Part shown: positions 13,179 through 25,900 of the stretch, piece by piece
Position numbering within the stretch: the first letter of the stretch is position 1
Layout of the letters: every line of letters starts with the position of its first letter
Source: Tubulanus polymorphus
Lineage: Eukaryota > Animalia > Nemertea
Length of the DNA: 64,000 nucleotides
Direction: 5' to 3'
NCBI RefSeq assembly: GCF_964204645.1
Contig: NC_134025.1
Location: forward strand, 25,276,299 to 25,340,298
Program-made: the position numbers and the translations under genes
Notes under the pieces: model-generated
Seen by the model: the letters and a program-made list of their open reading frames with translations, nothing else
Databases searched by the model: none
What the model was told of the DNA's origin: nothing

Positions 13179-15612
13179 TATTTAGCACCAAATAAATGCT
13201 ACATTGATATAATCAGACACGAGTGTACCGGTAATTTATTTTAGTTTCAATATAATTTGTGTTTATTCAATACCCATTGCCCTTTGTATCGAGGCAAAGA
13301 TAGAAAAAAACATGCAAATTTGACACTCATCCTCTCAGAACTTGCATATTTTTCTGAAGTATTTCTACATACCGGGTACCATATCTTAATACTAAGGGTG
13401 GGACCCCACTAGTGACCTTTGACAATGGCAGCATTATCCAAGAAATGCCTTTCCTTTTCTGCTAGACATCGGCCTTCCATATTTCCTAGATCCATCCGTT
13501 TGAAGCCATTTGTCTTTGGGGCCTCGAGTATGGTATTCCTTTCTTGTCAATTAGGGATATACATCTGTATATTTTGAAGTTGACAAAAAGCCATTCAATA
13601 TCAATTATTGGCTGCGGTATCTCTTACAACTTGTCCATTGTAAAAGGATCTTCAATTCAAGAAGCTTAAAACCCAAGGTAGAAATTAAATTTAAATGCAA
13701 AACTTGTTTATTCTTGCTGATACACTTAAGTTACAGCTCATAATATATACAATGTGCATACATATCCTGTACAAGAGACCAGAACTGGTTGTGGTGAACG
13801 ACGAAACCTTCAACTATCAAATGCCATCACAAATAATGACCTTTGATAATTGAAGATTGCGTGAACTAATTCATGTTACAATGAATGAAATAAATTAATT
13901 CTAGCATCAATACATAGAAATCTGTGAAAATATACACGAGTTATTCCAATCGAGCGAACAAAAAAATATTTACTGAACAACACAAAACAGACTGGATTGG
14001 AGATAACAGTGGAGGGTTTTTAAAAACAATTACCAAGAATAACAGACTGAATTTATCATTGATAACTCACCAAAACAAATAATTCGTGAAAATTTGTGTT
14101 TCCATAAGTACACCGGACTAAATAACAATATGTATTGATTGTATTAATTTCTGTCGGAATTTAATCTTTTAAAGTAATGCTTTCATCAAATATCTAGCAC
14201 AACCCATTATGCTCGGGCCACAGCAAGTAACAAAGCTTCTCCCATATATCATTCATCAAATTCTTAATCTGAAAATAGTGAAAAAATCCAAAAGCACAAC
14301 TACGTATAAATTTATCGTAATTAATGACGTAATTTGGTCAACTAATTGATAATTTTACCAGGTTTGGTCAATGATTCAGGAAGAGTATGAACGCTGGATA
14401 CAGAGCAATTTTGGATTTATAGATGAAGTCATCGGAAATAGTCATGGGCAAGCAAATACGGATATGTGTAGCATAAGCACACTGTTTAGCATTTATTTAA
14501 ACATACGAATTCACTTAAAAATAACAATCACGACCACCAAAGTTTTCATAAAAACAATGAATGATGGTCTAGCTGAAAAAAATGTCAAAAGTATTTTTTT
14601 TGGAATGACAAATTGATTTTCCCACGGTAAACATGTTCGTTAGTGTATAGATATATCACAGTGCCCATCCACGTCATGTCTTACACTTGAAAATGGACTC
14701 GAGATTTCATTTTTCATTTTGAGAACGAAATTATTATCTAATGATGATACGAAATGATTAATACCAAAACTATGAAATTGAAATCAATATAAAGCATTTT
14801 AAAAACCATTATCATGAGGTCTTAACCAAGTATAAAACATTTCAAGAGATATAAAATCTGGTGCTATTGATTATTATTTTTTAACTAATATTGGCATCTT
14901 TTTGTTGCAAGCAAGGTTGACTTTTTTCAAAGGTTTGAAATATACGTAATCCTGTGTTGAACATCCAAAGCTTACTCCTCAAATAATGAAAATGCCTCAA
15001 GAAATACTGATTTTTATACATTTCCATGTCACTACAATTTCTACTTTAAATGAATGTGAAACGCTTGTGAGAATTGAAAAGGCGTTGCTTCTGCAAGTTA
15101 CAACCTACCTTTCAGGTTCATCCAATGTTCACAGAAGCAGAATATTTGACATGATTTTACTGATGGCGCATGAATAGTAGCAAGCCGGAAAACAGATAGT
15201 AGCAAATCGGCATAAAAATGTATAAATATTCCATAGATTATTATCCAATATAATTATGAACACGAAACATTTTCGTAAAATACACTAACAGTGATGTAGA
15301 AAATCACAGAGAAGTTAATAGATTTTTTTCTAACAAAGGATAAAGCTAATTAACTGTGTCATGGTGGACAAGTTGAAGACAAAATGCTATGAAATATTAC
15401 AATAGTTCTCAATCTCTACAAAGCCAGTTTTATTTGTTTGTTTTGAAGCGGTTAGTTTTGAAATCATCTACATTTGATGTTGAACTCTATCTAGCACTTA
15501 AATACACAAGAATCATAATTCAAATGGGAGTTTAATTTTTTTTCATCCTGCTCAGGTTTACATAACTACTCAACGGGGACCAGAAAAAAACAGCATGATA
15601 TGCCAAACATGG

Positions 15613-15896
15613 CAGGGCCGTCAGAAGGAAAATTTCAGTGGGGCGGCTATTGTTTAACTTGATGATCTGATAAAGTATGTGATTGCCGCGCAGCTGTATT
15701 TCAAAAGGGTCTAGGGGTCCTCCCCCAAATTTTTTTTGATTTTCCCAAGCTCTGAGATTGATTCTGAGTGAATCTGGCTATGAAAATCATGATATTCATT
15801 ACGAGAGGAAAGAACATGAAAAAAATTATTTTTAGTTCAGCAACAAAGTGGGACGGCTATGGCCGCCCCTGCCGCCCCCCCAATCCGACGGCCCTG
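15613..15896. mobile_element. MITE with CAGGGCCGTC termini and a 5-bp TSD, in the predicted MAP7 3' UTR
   Basis: cagggccgtcaga ... tccgacggccctg, flanked by catgg at 15608-15612 and 15897-15901. Confidence 0.8.
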
Positions 15897-16949
15897 CATG
15901 GTCACATATCTCATTATGTCAAGCTATCACAACTGGTACACAAATAATTATAATACAACAGAGTTATGTTTGTCCTTTTCCCCAAGTAACTCATCATCCA
16001 GAACTGCTATACAGAACATAATCCAAAGATTTGTATTACTTGTAGCAGAAATCTTTGGAACCGAAAACCTAGACTGCTAAAAATCAACCCTTCACCGTGT
16101 GTAATTTGATCAAATCAGTAGTTGCGATTTACTGAGTAATTCCTACTGATAATCTATAATATAACCCGCCATTATTTTCTAATAAAAACTCATTTTTTAT
16201 TCAAAGTTCTGACTGTAAAGGGTTCGATACCGAAAAAGGTGAAAGGACAGTGGATGCAACCTGAGCAGGATACCATTTGCCTGGAATCAGTTATTCATTT
16301 TGAGCCATGTTTGTATTGAATCTTACTTTTGAAGCACTACCATAATACAGTTGTATAGACACAATCAGTTAATTCTACACAGCAAGAGTACCTAGATTTA
16401 TAAAAAGCATTTACAATGTGCAAACTTACACGAAACGGAATTATCCAGGAGAGGAGAAAAATATTACTCAAAAAGTATATATCCCATCTACCCTGGTATC
16501 ATATTGGTAGCACACAGAAGGCATACTCTATACAATTTCAACATAGATATACATAGTAATGATACTGTGACATCACTCACGCAGAAACATTATAAAATAT
16601 ATCATCGTGTTCCAAACATTCACGCTCTCATCCGACGTTTCATCATTACATGTGTACCTTCAGTTCTGTCTTCTTTTTTTTTCATTGCGCTGCACAATCG
16701 ACGAAACCTAAATGTTTTTTTCACTTAAGCCCTACATATCACTAGTCGTACTGACAGAACAGAAAGGTTATGAGGATTTTCACGGAAGATATCACCTTTG
16801 ACGAAGAAACCATAAACAAGCTCGGTTGTCCATGTGCCACCGCCCGCGTCTCTTCTTGGTCAGAAGTCGCGCACATAGGTGACAGGTGGCAGCACTTGGC
16901 CAGGTACTACAAGTACCTTCGGTGTGATAGGCAAACATAGAATTGCTAA

Positions 16950-19900
16950 TTAATTAGTAGTAACTGCCTTCATGATGCCAAATCTGAAATGTAAAAAAAA
17001 TTCTTTCATAAGCATGTTAGTACTGAGTATAAGTATATAAGATTGAGATCTTTTTTTTAATGTATATGAAAATCCAATTTGGTAGCATTCCACTGGGTGG
17101 GAGGAGGTAATCCCTGAATTAAATACTCTATCAGTTAGCAGGTTGCAGCTTCAGGTAAGGGCAATTATCACTAGTAAGCTTGAAGCAAAAATATAATGGC
17201 CTAGAATATTGCTATTCTATATTATCATCACCCAGTTTTAATAAACTACGCAAAGCAAAATGATCATTTAAAACAAGCAGAAATCAAATATTACATGAAA
17301 CAACTCTACACATAGTGCCAACATATTCACGTTTATCCAGTGATACAAGAGAGTGATGTCTACAAAATGTGTGAATTCTCGAAATCTTGACAGGCGGTCA
17401 CATAACACACCCAATACATTAACAACATATACAAAACACTACTAATTACAATAACTAAACTGCAAAGAAAAATATCACAACAAAAATTCATTAATTTTGA
17501 TTAGACATGCAACAAGATGGCGCAGCTAACTTCCCACAGCATCGATAATGTTTCTCATAATCAATCTACGGTGTGTAATTTTATATCAAAGTTCCCAAAG
17601 AAATAACCGTCCTTTGAGTAGCTTTGAAATTCAAACACTAAAAAGCCAAGTTGCAAAATACGGGTCCAGCATAAATCCGGTATGTCTATATATACTAGAC
17701 TATAATGGAATGTATCAATATCTTAGTAGTAAGAATATTATACATGAAGGGAAAACAACTAAATGTCTACAAATCAAAATGGGTTGAAATCAATCTGATG
17801 CACTATTAAAAGCACTATAAAATGGCCAAATGTTCTCATTAACAATCCCACCTCTTAAAATAATCACAATTATCTATAAATAGTTTGATTAAAGAGGACA
17901 TATGGTAGGGTACATGATTTGAACCCATTCTTAAAATTAACACACCAGGCAAGGCTAGCAGGGTGATAGTGGAGTAAACTTAGAGAGCGATTCGATGTGA
18001 AAATCAACAAATAACACAAGAGTGACAATTCAAGCTCTAAGTTTTATATATCAAGCATAGTGTGGCTTAAAGCTAACACTTAGATATAAATGCTTGCCTA
18101 TGATAGCTCCTGCCCAGAGGCTTGCTGTTGCATTGGCTGGTCATGCTTGGCAGAATCATTATCACTGACATCATCCAAGTCATCCTCATATTCACCAGCA
18201 TCATCATGAGCACTAAGCTTTTCTAATTCTTCTTCGCTACTATAGGAATATTCATTTTGTCCAACATTAACTGACAAAGCCTGTTTTTCCCCATCTAAGC
18301 TATTCCCCAATCTACCCTTACAATTACTGTCCCTGAGACGAGAAGATATATCCTCAGGTTCACTGCTAGTGAAACTACGAGGAGTTACTTGTTGTAGTGA
18401 CCCACTTCCTCCCGATAGATCAAATGCATCCAACTCCTTTTCACCATAAGAACTATCCAACCTACTACTAGCCGAACTACTTTGAAGGGCATCGGATTTG
18501 AAATCAGAATCTAAATTGTCTTGTCGTCGAATTTCTTCTAAATAATCTATCTCTTCTTTGCTTGCCTCACTGAAATCATCCCCACCCGAAAAGTTAGTGA
18601 CTTGAAAGTGTCCGGAACCTGCCAGACCTTCATCACCAGACTCATCCTTCAATTCATCATCATTGGTTGTATCTATAACTAATTCTGCTGATGAGTCCAA
18701 CAAATTATTAGCGCTGAATGTACTTTTCAATGATTCTACGCCTTTCAGTGAAATGATATCATTATCATCCAATTCCCCAGAACTTAACAATGCTATATCC
18801 GAAAAGGCTTTACTTTCAATGGGAATATCCCCATCAACTAAAACTGGATCTGTACCTAAAGTGGAAACTTCAACCTCAGGATCGTGGCCCTCCCCATCCC
18901 TGGCCATATCTGGTTGTTGGCTGCTCTGAGAGTTGTCAATTTTCTGTTTATTCTCAATTTCAATGTCCTCATCTTCCTCAATTTCTGTTTTGGCATTTTC
19001 TGTAAAAATGAAGTCATCTCCCTCACTTTCATAATCAATTAATTTGTCATCGTCAATTAGTCTTGACTCATTATTTGTTTGCAATATTCCGTCATCTGCA
19101 CTATGTGCAGGACAACTAGCTTGAACTTCTGACAGTTTGTCATCTACTTGTGTTGAAACGATAATCTCCGGTTCATGGTCAGTCAGATCAATTATATCAT
19201 TGGATGATTCTGTCTCAAGTTTTTCTGGAGAATGACTGACTGCAGCAGTAGGTTCTGGACTAGAAGAATCGTAATTGTCAGTAATTTTATCGAATGGATA
19301 TGGTGAATTACCACGGTTTTGTGAAGTGATTATGAACCTAGAAAGTGGATCTTTAGAATAATTTCCGAGTCGAACGTTGAGTGTATCACCTAAATCATTA
19401 GTGTGAGATAAATCAAATTGCACTCTATGAGCAGTATCTTCTCCGTTGCGTTCTTCGTATCGTTGACTTTCTTCTATTGAGTGCTCTTGAAAGACAAAGT
19501 TCTCATCAGTGTTTCGTTCTGTTGTATCACAGATGTTAGTCTCAATGAGGAGGGAAGGTTGTGTTGGTTCTTTTTCTTCATCTATATCACCCATCATCAC
19601 CGCCTGTTGCTCATAGGTATCTTCGTCTGATACATGAACTTCCATACTGGCTCCCAAAGGTAATAGACGACGAGATGCAACCTTTTCAGCAACTTTTTCC
19701 AAATCTTCAACATATTCAGGTTCTTCATCTTCATAGCAGGCACTGTTTACATTAAGGTCCGAAACCGTTGTTTCATTACATGCATCAAGATGCTGACTGC
19801 GATTGAAATGCAGATCCTCTTGTAAACCACGAAAGGACTGGTCATTATCTTGAGATTCAAACTGTTTTGCATCCTCAGTCATCATAGTAGGAGCACTTAT

Positions 19901-22900
19901 TACTTCGGTAGTTTCATATAAATCCTCATTATCATCTTCACTTTTATCAGAATTATCAATATCAACAAGTGCATCTGGAGATTTCTGATGTGTTCCAAGA
20001 GGTGCTAGTTGACTGTCATCATCGCTATTTATCGAAGATTCCTCTTTCTCTATCATGTCAGAAAGACATTGTCCATCAGTTATTTCATTTTCAGCATTTA
20101 CATTTTCTGAGGAATCAAGTACATCAAGATTGGAGGTTGGAAATTCAGTGGTCGTCATTAATTCATAAGAATTATAACAAAATAATGGATCAACACTTGT
20201 CTGGTCATTATCAACTTTTTCAACTTCAAAAGTTTCAGTAACAGTTTTCTCCTCTTGTTCAGGTAAAGAAATTTCATTCGCCTCCATGACTGTATTGTAA
20301 ACAAAATCTTCTGAATTGTTTTCAAAGTCTCTCTGGCATACATTGTCAACTCCAATTTCAATCCCACAATGAGCAAGGGCTAATCCTGATTTTGAATCAG
20401 AGTCATTCCAAGTATCTGATTTGGAAGAATTTTGATCAGTTTCAGGACGAAGAAGATCATGATTGTCATTTACTACGGGATGGTCAAAAGTGACCAACAT
20501 ATTGGTGTTCTCTGGTAAATCATTATCTTCAACTGGCATTTGCTCATAGTCATCTTCTTTTAATTCTTGACTCGCAGGACTGTTCAAAACAGATTCAATG
20601 TTATTTTCATCGGATGGGTACAGTTTCTCTTCAACAGATTCATTAAGGTTACCTTCATATATATCTTTATCTCTCCCAGTACTCTCTATTCCAGCACTGC
20701 TTGTCAGATGGTCCTCATCTTGATCAGTGGACTCATTGTTAGTTTCATCCTCAGATTCCGTGTCTGATGTCTCATAGGAACCACAACTAATGCTTTTATG
20801 TTGTATTTTCACATTAATTCTCTCCCCTAGAAGACTATCAACACTGTCATCATTGTCAATTTCGGGAGATTTGTTGTCAGACACTGCAGAGGATTCAGAT
20901 AGCAGAGATAACTGATTGTCACCCATAGCAGCCACAGAAACATTTACATTAATTCCTTCCCCACATAAAGAATTGACAGCACTTTGACCCTCAGCATGTT
21001 TATCAATAGAAAGAGGTTCCTGAACATCAGGATAGCAAACTTCAGGTTCAGGAGGAATTTCGTTCAAATTGTCAGTTCTTGTGATGCTATTGGCAGCATC
21101 TTCAGGACTAGATAGGTCCATTGGTTGCGGGTCTGGCAAGCCAGAAATTTCTAATTCACTCTCACTACTAGACAATTTTCTCTTTTCCTCAGATGCCTGT
21201 CGTCCATATACTCGAGGACACTGTTCGTCCGATTCATTTTCATCTACACTTTTTAACCTATTGTTTGAAAATGTTGCATGTGAAGATTTATCATTGGATA
21301 CAAAAACTTCATCACTCTCTTCACCACTCTCAGGTCGTTCTTCAGTGGGCATAATAAGTAGTGTATCCATCCCCCTTTCCTCCTCACCGATGCTATCTGA
21401 TAAAACTACAACATTACCCTCTTCATCTCTATCATCCTGAATTGACTTATCTAAAGCAATACCGTTTTTGATACTACAAGCAACAATATTTTCTGCAATC
21501 TGCACAATTGGCATATCAGATAAAGATTTTCTGGGTTCATCTTCAGGCAAATCTTGGTTCATTTTTGAATTTTCTAAATTTTCGATTGTGTGCTTTTCAT
21601 TGATAACTAGTTCAAATACTTCGCTTGCATTAGAATGCTCAAGACTTTTATCAAAATCAGACTGACTACCACTGCCATTACTTAAATCAAGAGAATCAGT
21701 ACCTTTCTTCTCAAGCTGTTTCTCAAGGAACTGGGCTTCAATATTTTCAAAATCGCTTATCGATTTCCTTGATTGTTCATCTTCGGTTTTGTGTTCTATA
21801 GATACAGTTTCTACTTTTATACCCTGCCCAGCCATTTCAGATAAATCAATGGGGCCACTATACTTCGTATCTATAGACGATTCAGCTAAATCCAATAGCT
21901 CTTGGGAATTACTAAGCCCAACAACTTGAGATTTCAAGTCAGTTAAGTTTTCAAGACTCTCACTTAACATATATTTGTTTTTACCTTTTTCTATTGAAAG
22001 CAATTCTTCCTCCGAAGACCCTAACCCTTTTTCACTACAAAATGATACGAAGTTTATGTCATCAACTTCCATTTGTAACTTCTCATTTTTACTATGATCG
22101 ACAGCAGATCCACCTCCTATTGCAGTATCAAATGCCTGCTCAATTTCACCCTTATTTTTGATTTCTACATTCATTCCCTCATTTGACTGCATAAATCCCC
22201 AAGTTTTCTCATCTTCCCCACATAATATTCCCTCTTCACTTTTTGCATCATCATCACTAACTTCCCCATAATTTCTTTGATTTTCTACAACTTTGATATC
22301 TTTTTCAGTTTGACTGAAACCCCATGTTTGTTCATCTTCCCCGCACAAAATACCCTCCTCACTTTTACAATCCTTATCATCATCATCATCATCATCATAA
22401 TCATCATCTACTTCCATTAGATTTTCATGCCTTTCTAAATGATTTTGAATGCCTTTTTCATCCCCCTCTTGAATCAATTCAACAGCCTTCTCTGATAAAA
22501 CTAAACCCATATCAGGATCATGTGCCTCACTTTTGTGATCTCTAATAAATTGGTCATTCCCATGAATAAGATTAGCATTAGTACTTGATGCAAAGGTATT
22601 AGTATCAGACTTGGTCAGCTGAGTTTCACTAATAGACTCAGGAATATTTTCTACATTCCTATCATTGAGATTAGTACTATCTATCTGAGCACGTTTAGTT
22701 TCTTCATTGGCACTATCTGCAGCAGTTGTTGCACAAGTTCCAGTTGCAACAGTACCTGCGACTTCTTGTTTTAATGTTGTGTTTTCTTCAAACGCAATAA
22801 TTGGAGAGTGATCTAAAATTGTATTGGAATTCACAAAACTTGTCTGATTACTATTGTCCAAATCAATCACTTCTTCAAATTCTTGTCGCGGACTTGACTT

Positions 22901-25900
22901 CAGTTCGGTGGCTAGATCACCAGCACCTCCACTTCCAGTCATCATTAGGTTTAATTTTAAAGAAAGACTGCAACAAAATAAAACAATCAAATAACAGAAA
23001 GCATTAACTATTAGTTCCATACATAGACAAGAGTTTACACGCTTTTTTCAAACTTCCCTAGCATGTATAAGCAGTATTCAGAAAGCAACAGGAGGCAAAT
23101 GAAAATACAAACAGTAAAACTCTTTACATACATTTTCATGTTAAAGTTCATGAAAATGTGTTGTACAAAGTTTCAAGGAAGCTATCTCTCTTAAGCATAT
23201 TTTCGCATTCAGTAATCGAAACAAGGGTTTATGCTAGTGTAAATAATGACATATTTTACAGCTAAAGATGGTATCATTATCTAGACATGGGGGGGTTTAT
23301 TCACATGCAAACTGTCTCTAAAAATCAATCACTAGTTCAGCCCGCTTTGATCTCCATGCAAACAAACTTTATGAAGCCAAATGACTCACCTAGCATCTAA
23401 TAGAGCAGGATTATCCACATCGTAATCTTCCGTATATTCAGATAATCCATTTTCTGTATTAACAGTGTTACTACTATGACTACTATCTACAACAGTTTGA
23501 TTGGCACTACTACTGCTTTCCACATTTTGATTGGCTACTTCAGATTCAGCTGGCACTGGTTTCTGATCAGAAGATACCGACGATTCTTTAGTGTCTATAT
23601 CCTTATCCTCATCAGGTGAGGGAGCTGCTTCTAAAGGCGCATCGACAGATTGTTCATTGTTTACTTTTTCAGGATCACTACTAATACTATTCTGTTCTGC
23701 AACTGTTGAAGTAGTGTCTACAGTAGCTTTTTCTTCAACAGCAGTGCTATTCTGATCTTCTCCATTGACAGTATCGTTTTGACTATTATTACTACTATTA
23801 CTCCCAGTACTATCATCATCCCGTTTCACCGATCCAGCTAAGTTACTGCCCGACAATTTCTTCTTTCCGAGCAGATTCTGTAACAGTGCCGACTTGAATT
23901 TTGGCACCTCAGCTGTAGTTTCGGGGCCATCACCAGTAGGTGAAGGGCTGTTTGGTCGATGTGTAGGTGACGGACTAAGCGCACGGTCTTTGGCTTCTGG
24001 AGAATCTGTCTTAACTCGTCTCATGATCATTTCCAAACGCTGAAATGCAATAAAGAGATTTAAAAATAAATTCACCAGTTAAGTCTCAATACGTTCATTC
24101 AATTCATTCAATGTGATTTACCTTTTTCCTTTCAGCTCTTTCTTCTTCTTCCTTCTTTTTGCGTTCTTCGCGTTCCTTTTCCAATTTTTCAGCCTCCTCT
24201 TTAGCTTTGCGGTCGGCTTCTTCTTTCTAACAAAGAAAAACTTGACTTTTAGTTTATCATACTTAAGTGGTATAAAAGTTTCAAAAGCAAACAGATAGAT
24301 ATACGCACTGCTTTCCGTTCATTTTCTAATCTCTCGGCTTCTTCTTGTCGTTTTTTCTCAGCCTCTTCAATTGCTTTCTGTAAGCGTTCCTCTTCTGCTT
24401 TTCGCGCCTCTTCTGCTAAACGCATTTGTTCTTCTTCAAATCTGCGCTGTTCTTCTTCTTCCTTAAGACGTTGCTCTTCCTCCAGGCGACTAAAAATCAA
24501 CATATGTACATTTATCGAATGCATTATTTTCAATTGGCTTTCTAAGTTTTTTTAATAAAAGCTTTGCTCCGATTATATCTTACAGTCTCTCTTCCTCTTT
24601 AAGGCGTTCCTCCTCAGCTCTACGTTCAGCTTCAAGACGAGCTTGACGTCGTTTTTCAGCAAGTTTAGCCTTATACTCTTCAGCTGCCGCCTCTTTAGCT
24701 GATTTTGCACCCTCCCCCTCAGCTGATGATGGTGAAGCGAGATCTTTCGCCAGTGATTCTTTCTCTTTTAGTTTATCACTTTCTTTGATAGTTGTACTTG
24801 TAACAGCTGAAACTGATTTCACTCTAGGTGGAGGTTCCTTTTCGGCTGTTATAGCTGGAGACTTTTGAGGAGTCTGCAATGACATAATACAATTCATGTA
24901 AATATTATTTTTTAAAAAATGAAACCCTTGATGTACACCAAATACCATTTCTGGGGCTACGCTCCACAAAAATATTTAACCTGAAAAAATATTCAGGCTT
25001 ATATAACTACGATGCCAACTATACCTAAATAGAATTTAAAATTTTGTGAAACCTGACCCTGGATTGTAAAGAAAACCCGTGATTACATCCTGCACCAGGG
25101 CACCATTGATCATCCATTCCTCATTCAAAACTTTCATTTCATTCAACTTGGCTTTGTATAGGAAAATGCCAGTATTCAGAAGAAAATTTCAACACACCAT
25201 TCGCACACATTCAGAAGTTGATATGAATAAAGACGATTTCAAATATTCCATTTACATTTGGATTAGTCATGCTCTACCAGATATAAAGGAAATATATACA
25301 GGATAAACATAAGGGAAGATGATTTTAAGTAACAGTCAGGATCGTGCACCCAAAATCCTCGATGAAAGCCTGGCAAATTCAGCACTATAGTAGTTTGAAT
25401 CGACAATACTTGCTTATTTCAAAAAGGTATAGCACAAGAATTTTACCAGGTGGTTGAAATGTATCTACTTAAGTAAAGGATCATGCTGAATGTATCAGAT
25501 TCCAAAACCATCCATCATATAAAATGTTGCTGCCTAAACTGACCTTCTTAAGAATGGGCATTGGGACAGCTTTAATAGGACCCTGTAAAGCACACAATAA
25601 ATAATAACAATCAACAAAATTCTACCAATATCAAAATAGGATTTAACTCATTATAGTAACAAGCAGTAAAAGACATTCAAAGGCATTATTAAGATAAGAA
25701 GATTCTTCACATTAAGTTCAGTAGTATGTGTAGCGTATCAATTAACTCAATTAATACAAGAATGACAGACATCACACACACCTAGAAGTTGATAACAAAT
25801 AGCCATAGGTAATCATACATGTATTTAGAGAAAATCTTTGTGGTTTTTATAAGATTAGTTGCCCAGTTTAAACAAAATTTCAATATAGCCACGATACCAA

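Noticed and set aside
18663-22545. Plus-strand ORFs antisense to the giant exon, and similar antisense ORFs at 33261-33559 and 59244-59720
   Set aside because: These are shadows of biased codon usage on the coding strand, with no independent homology.
18098-23020. 1640-aa ORF as a stand-alone secreted protein with a signal peptide
   Set aside because: The hydrophobic start (FCYLIVLFCC) is the translated polypyrimidine tract of the acceptor at 22968, and the phase matches MAP7.
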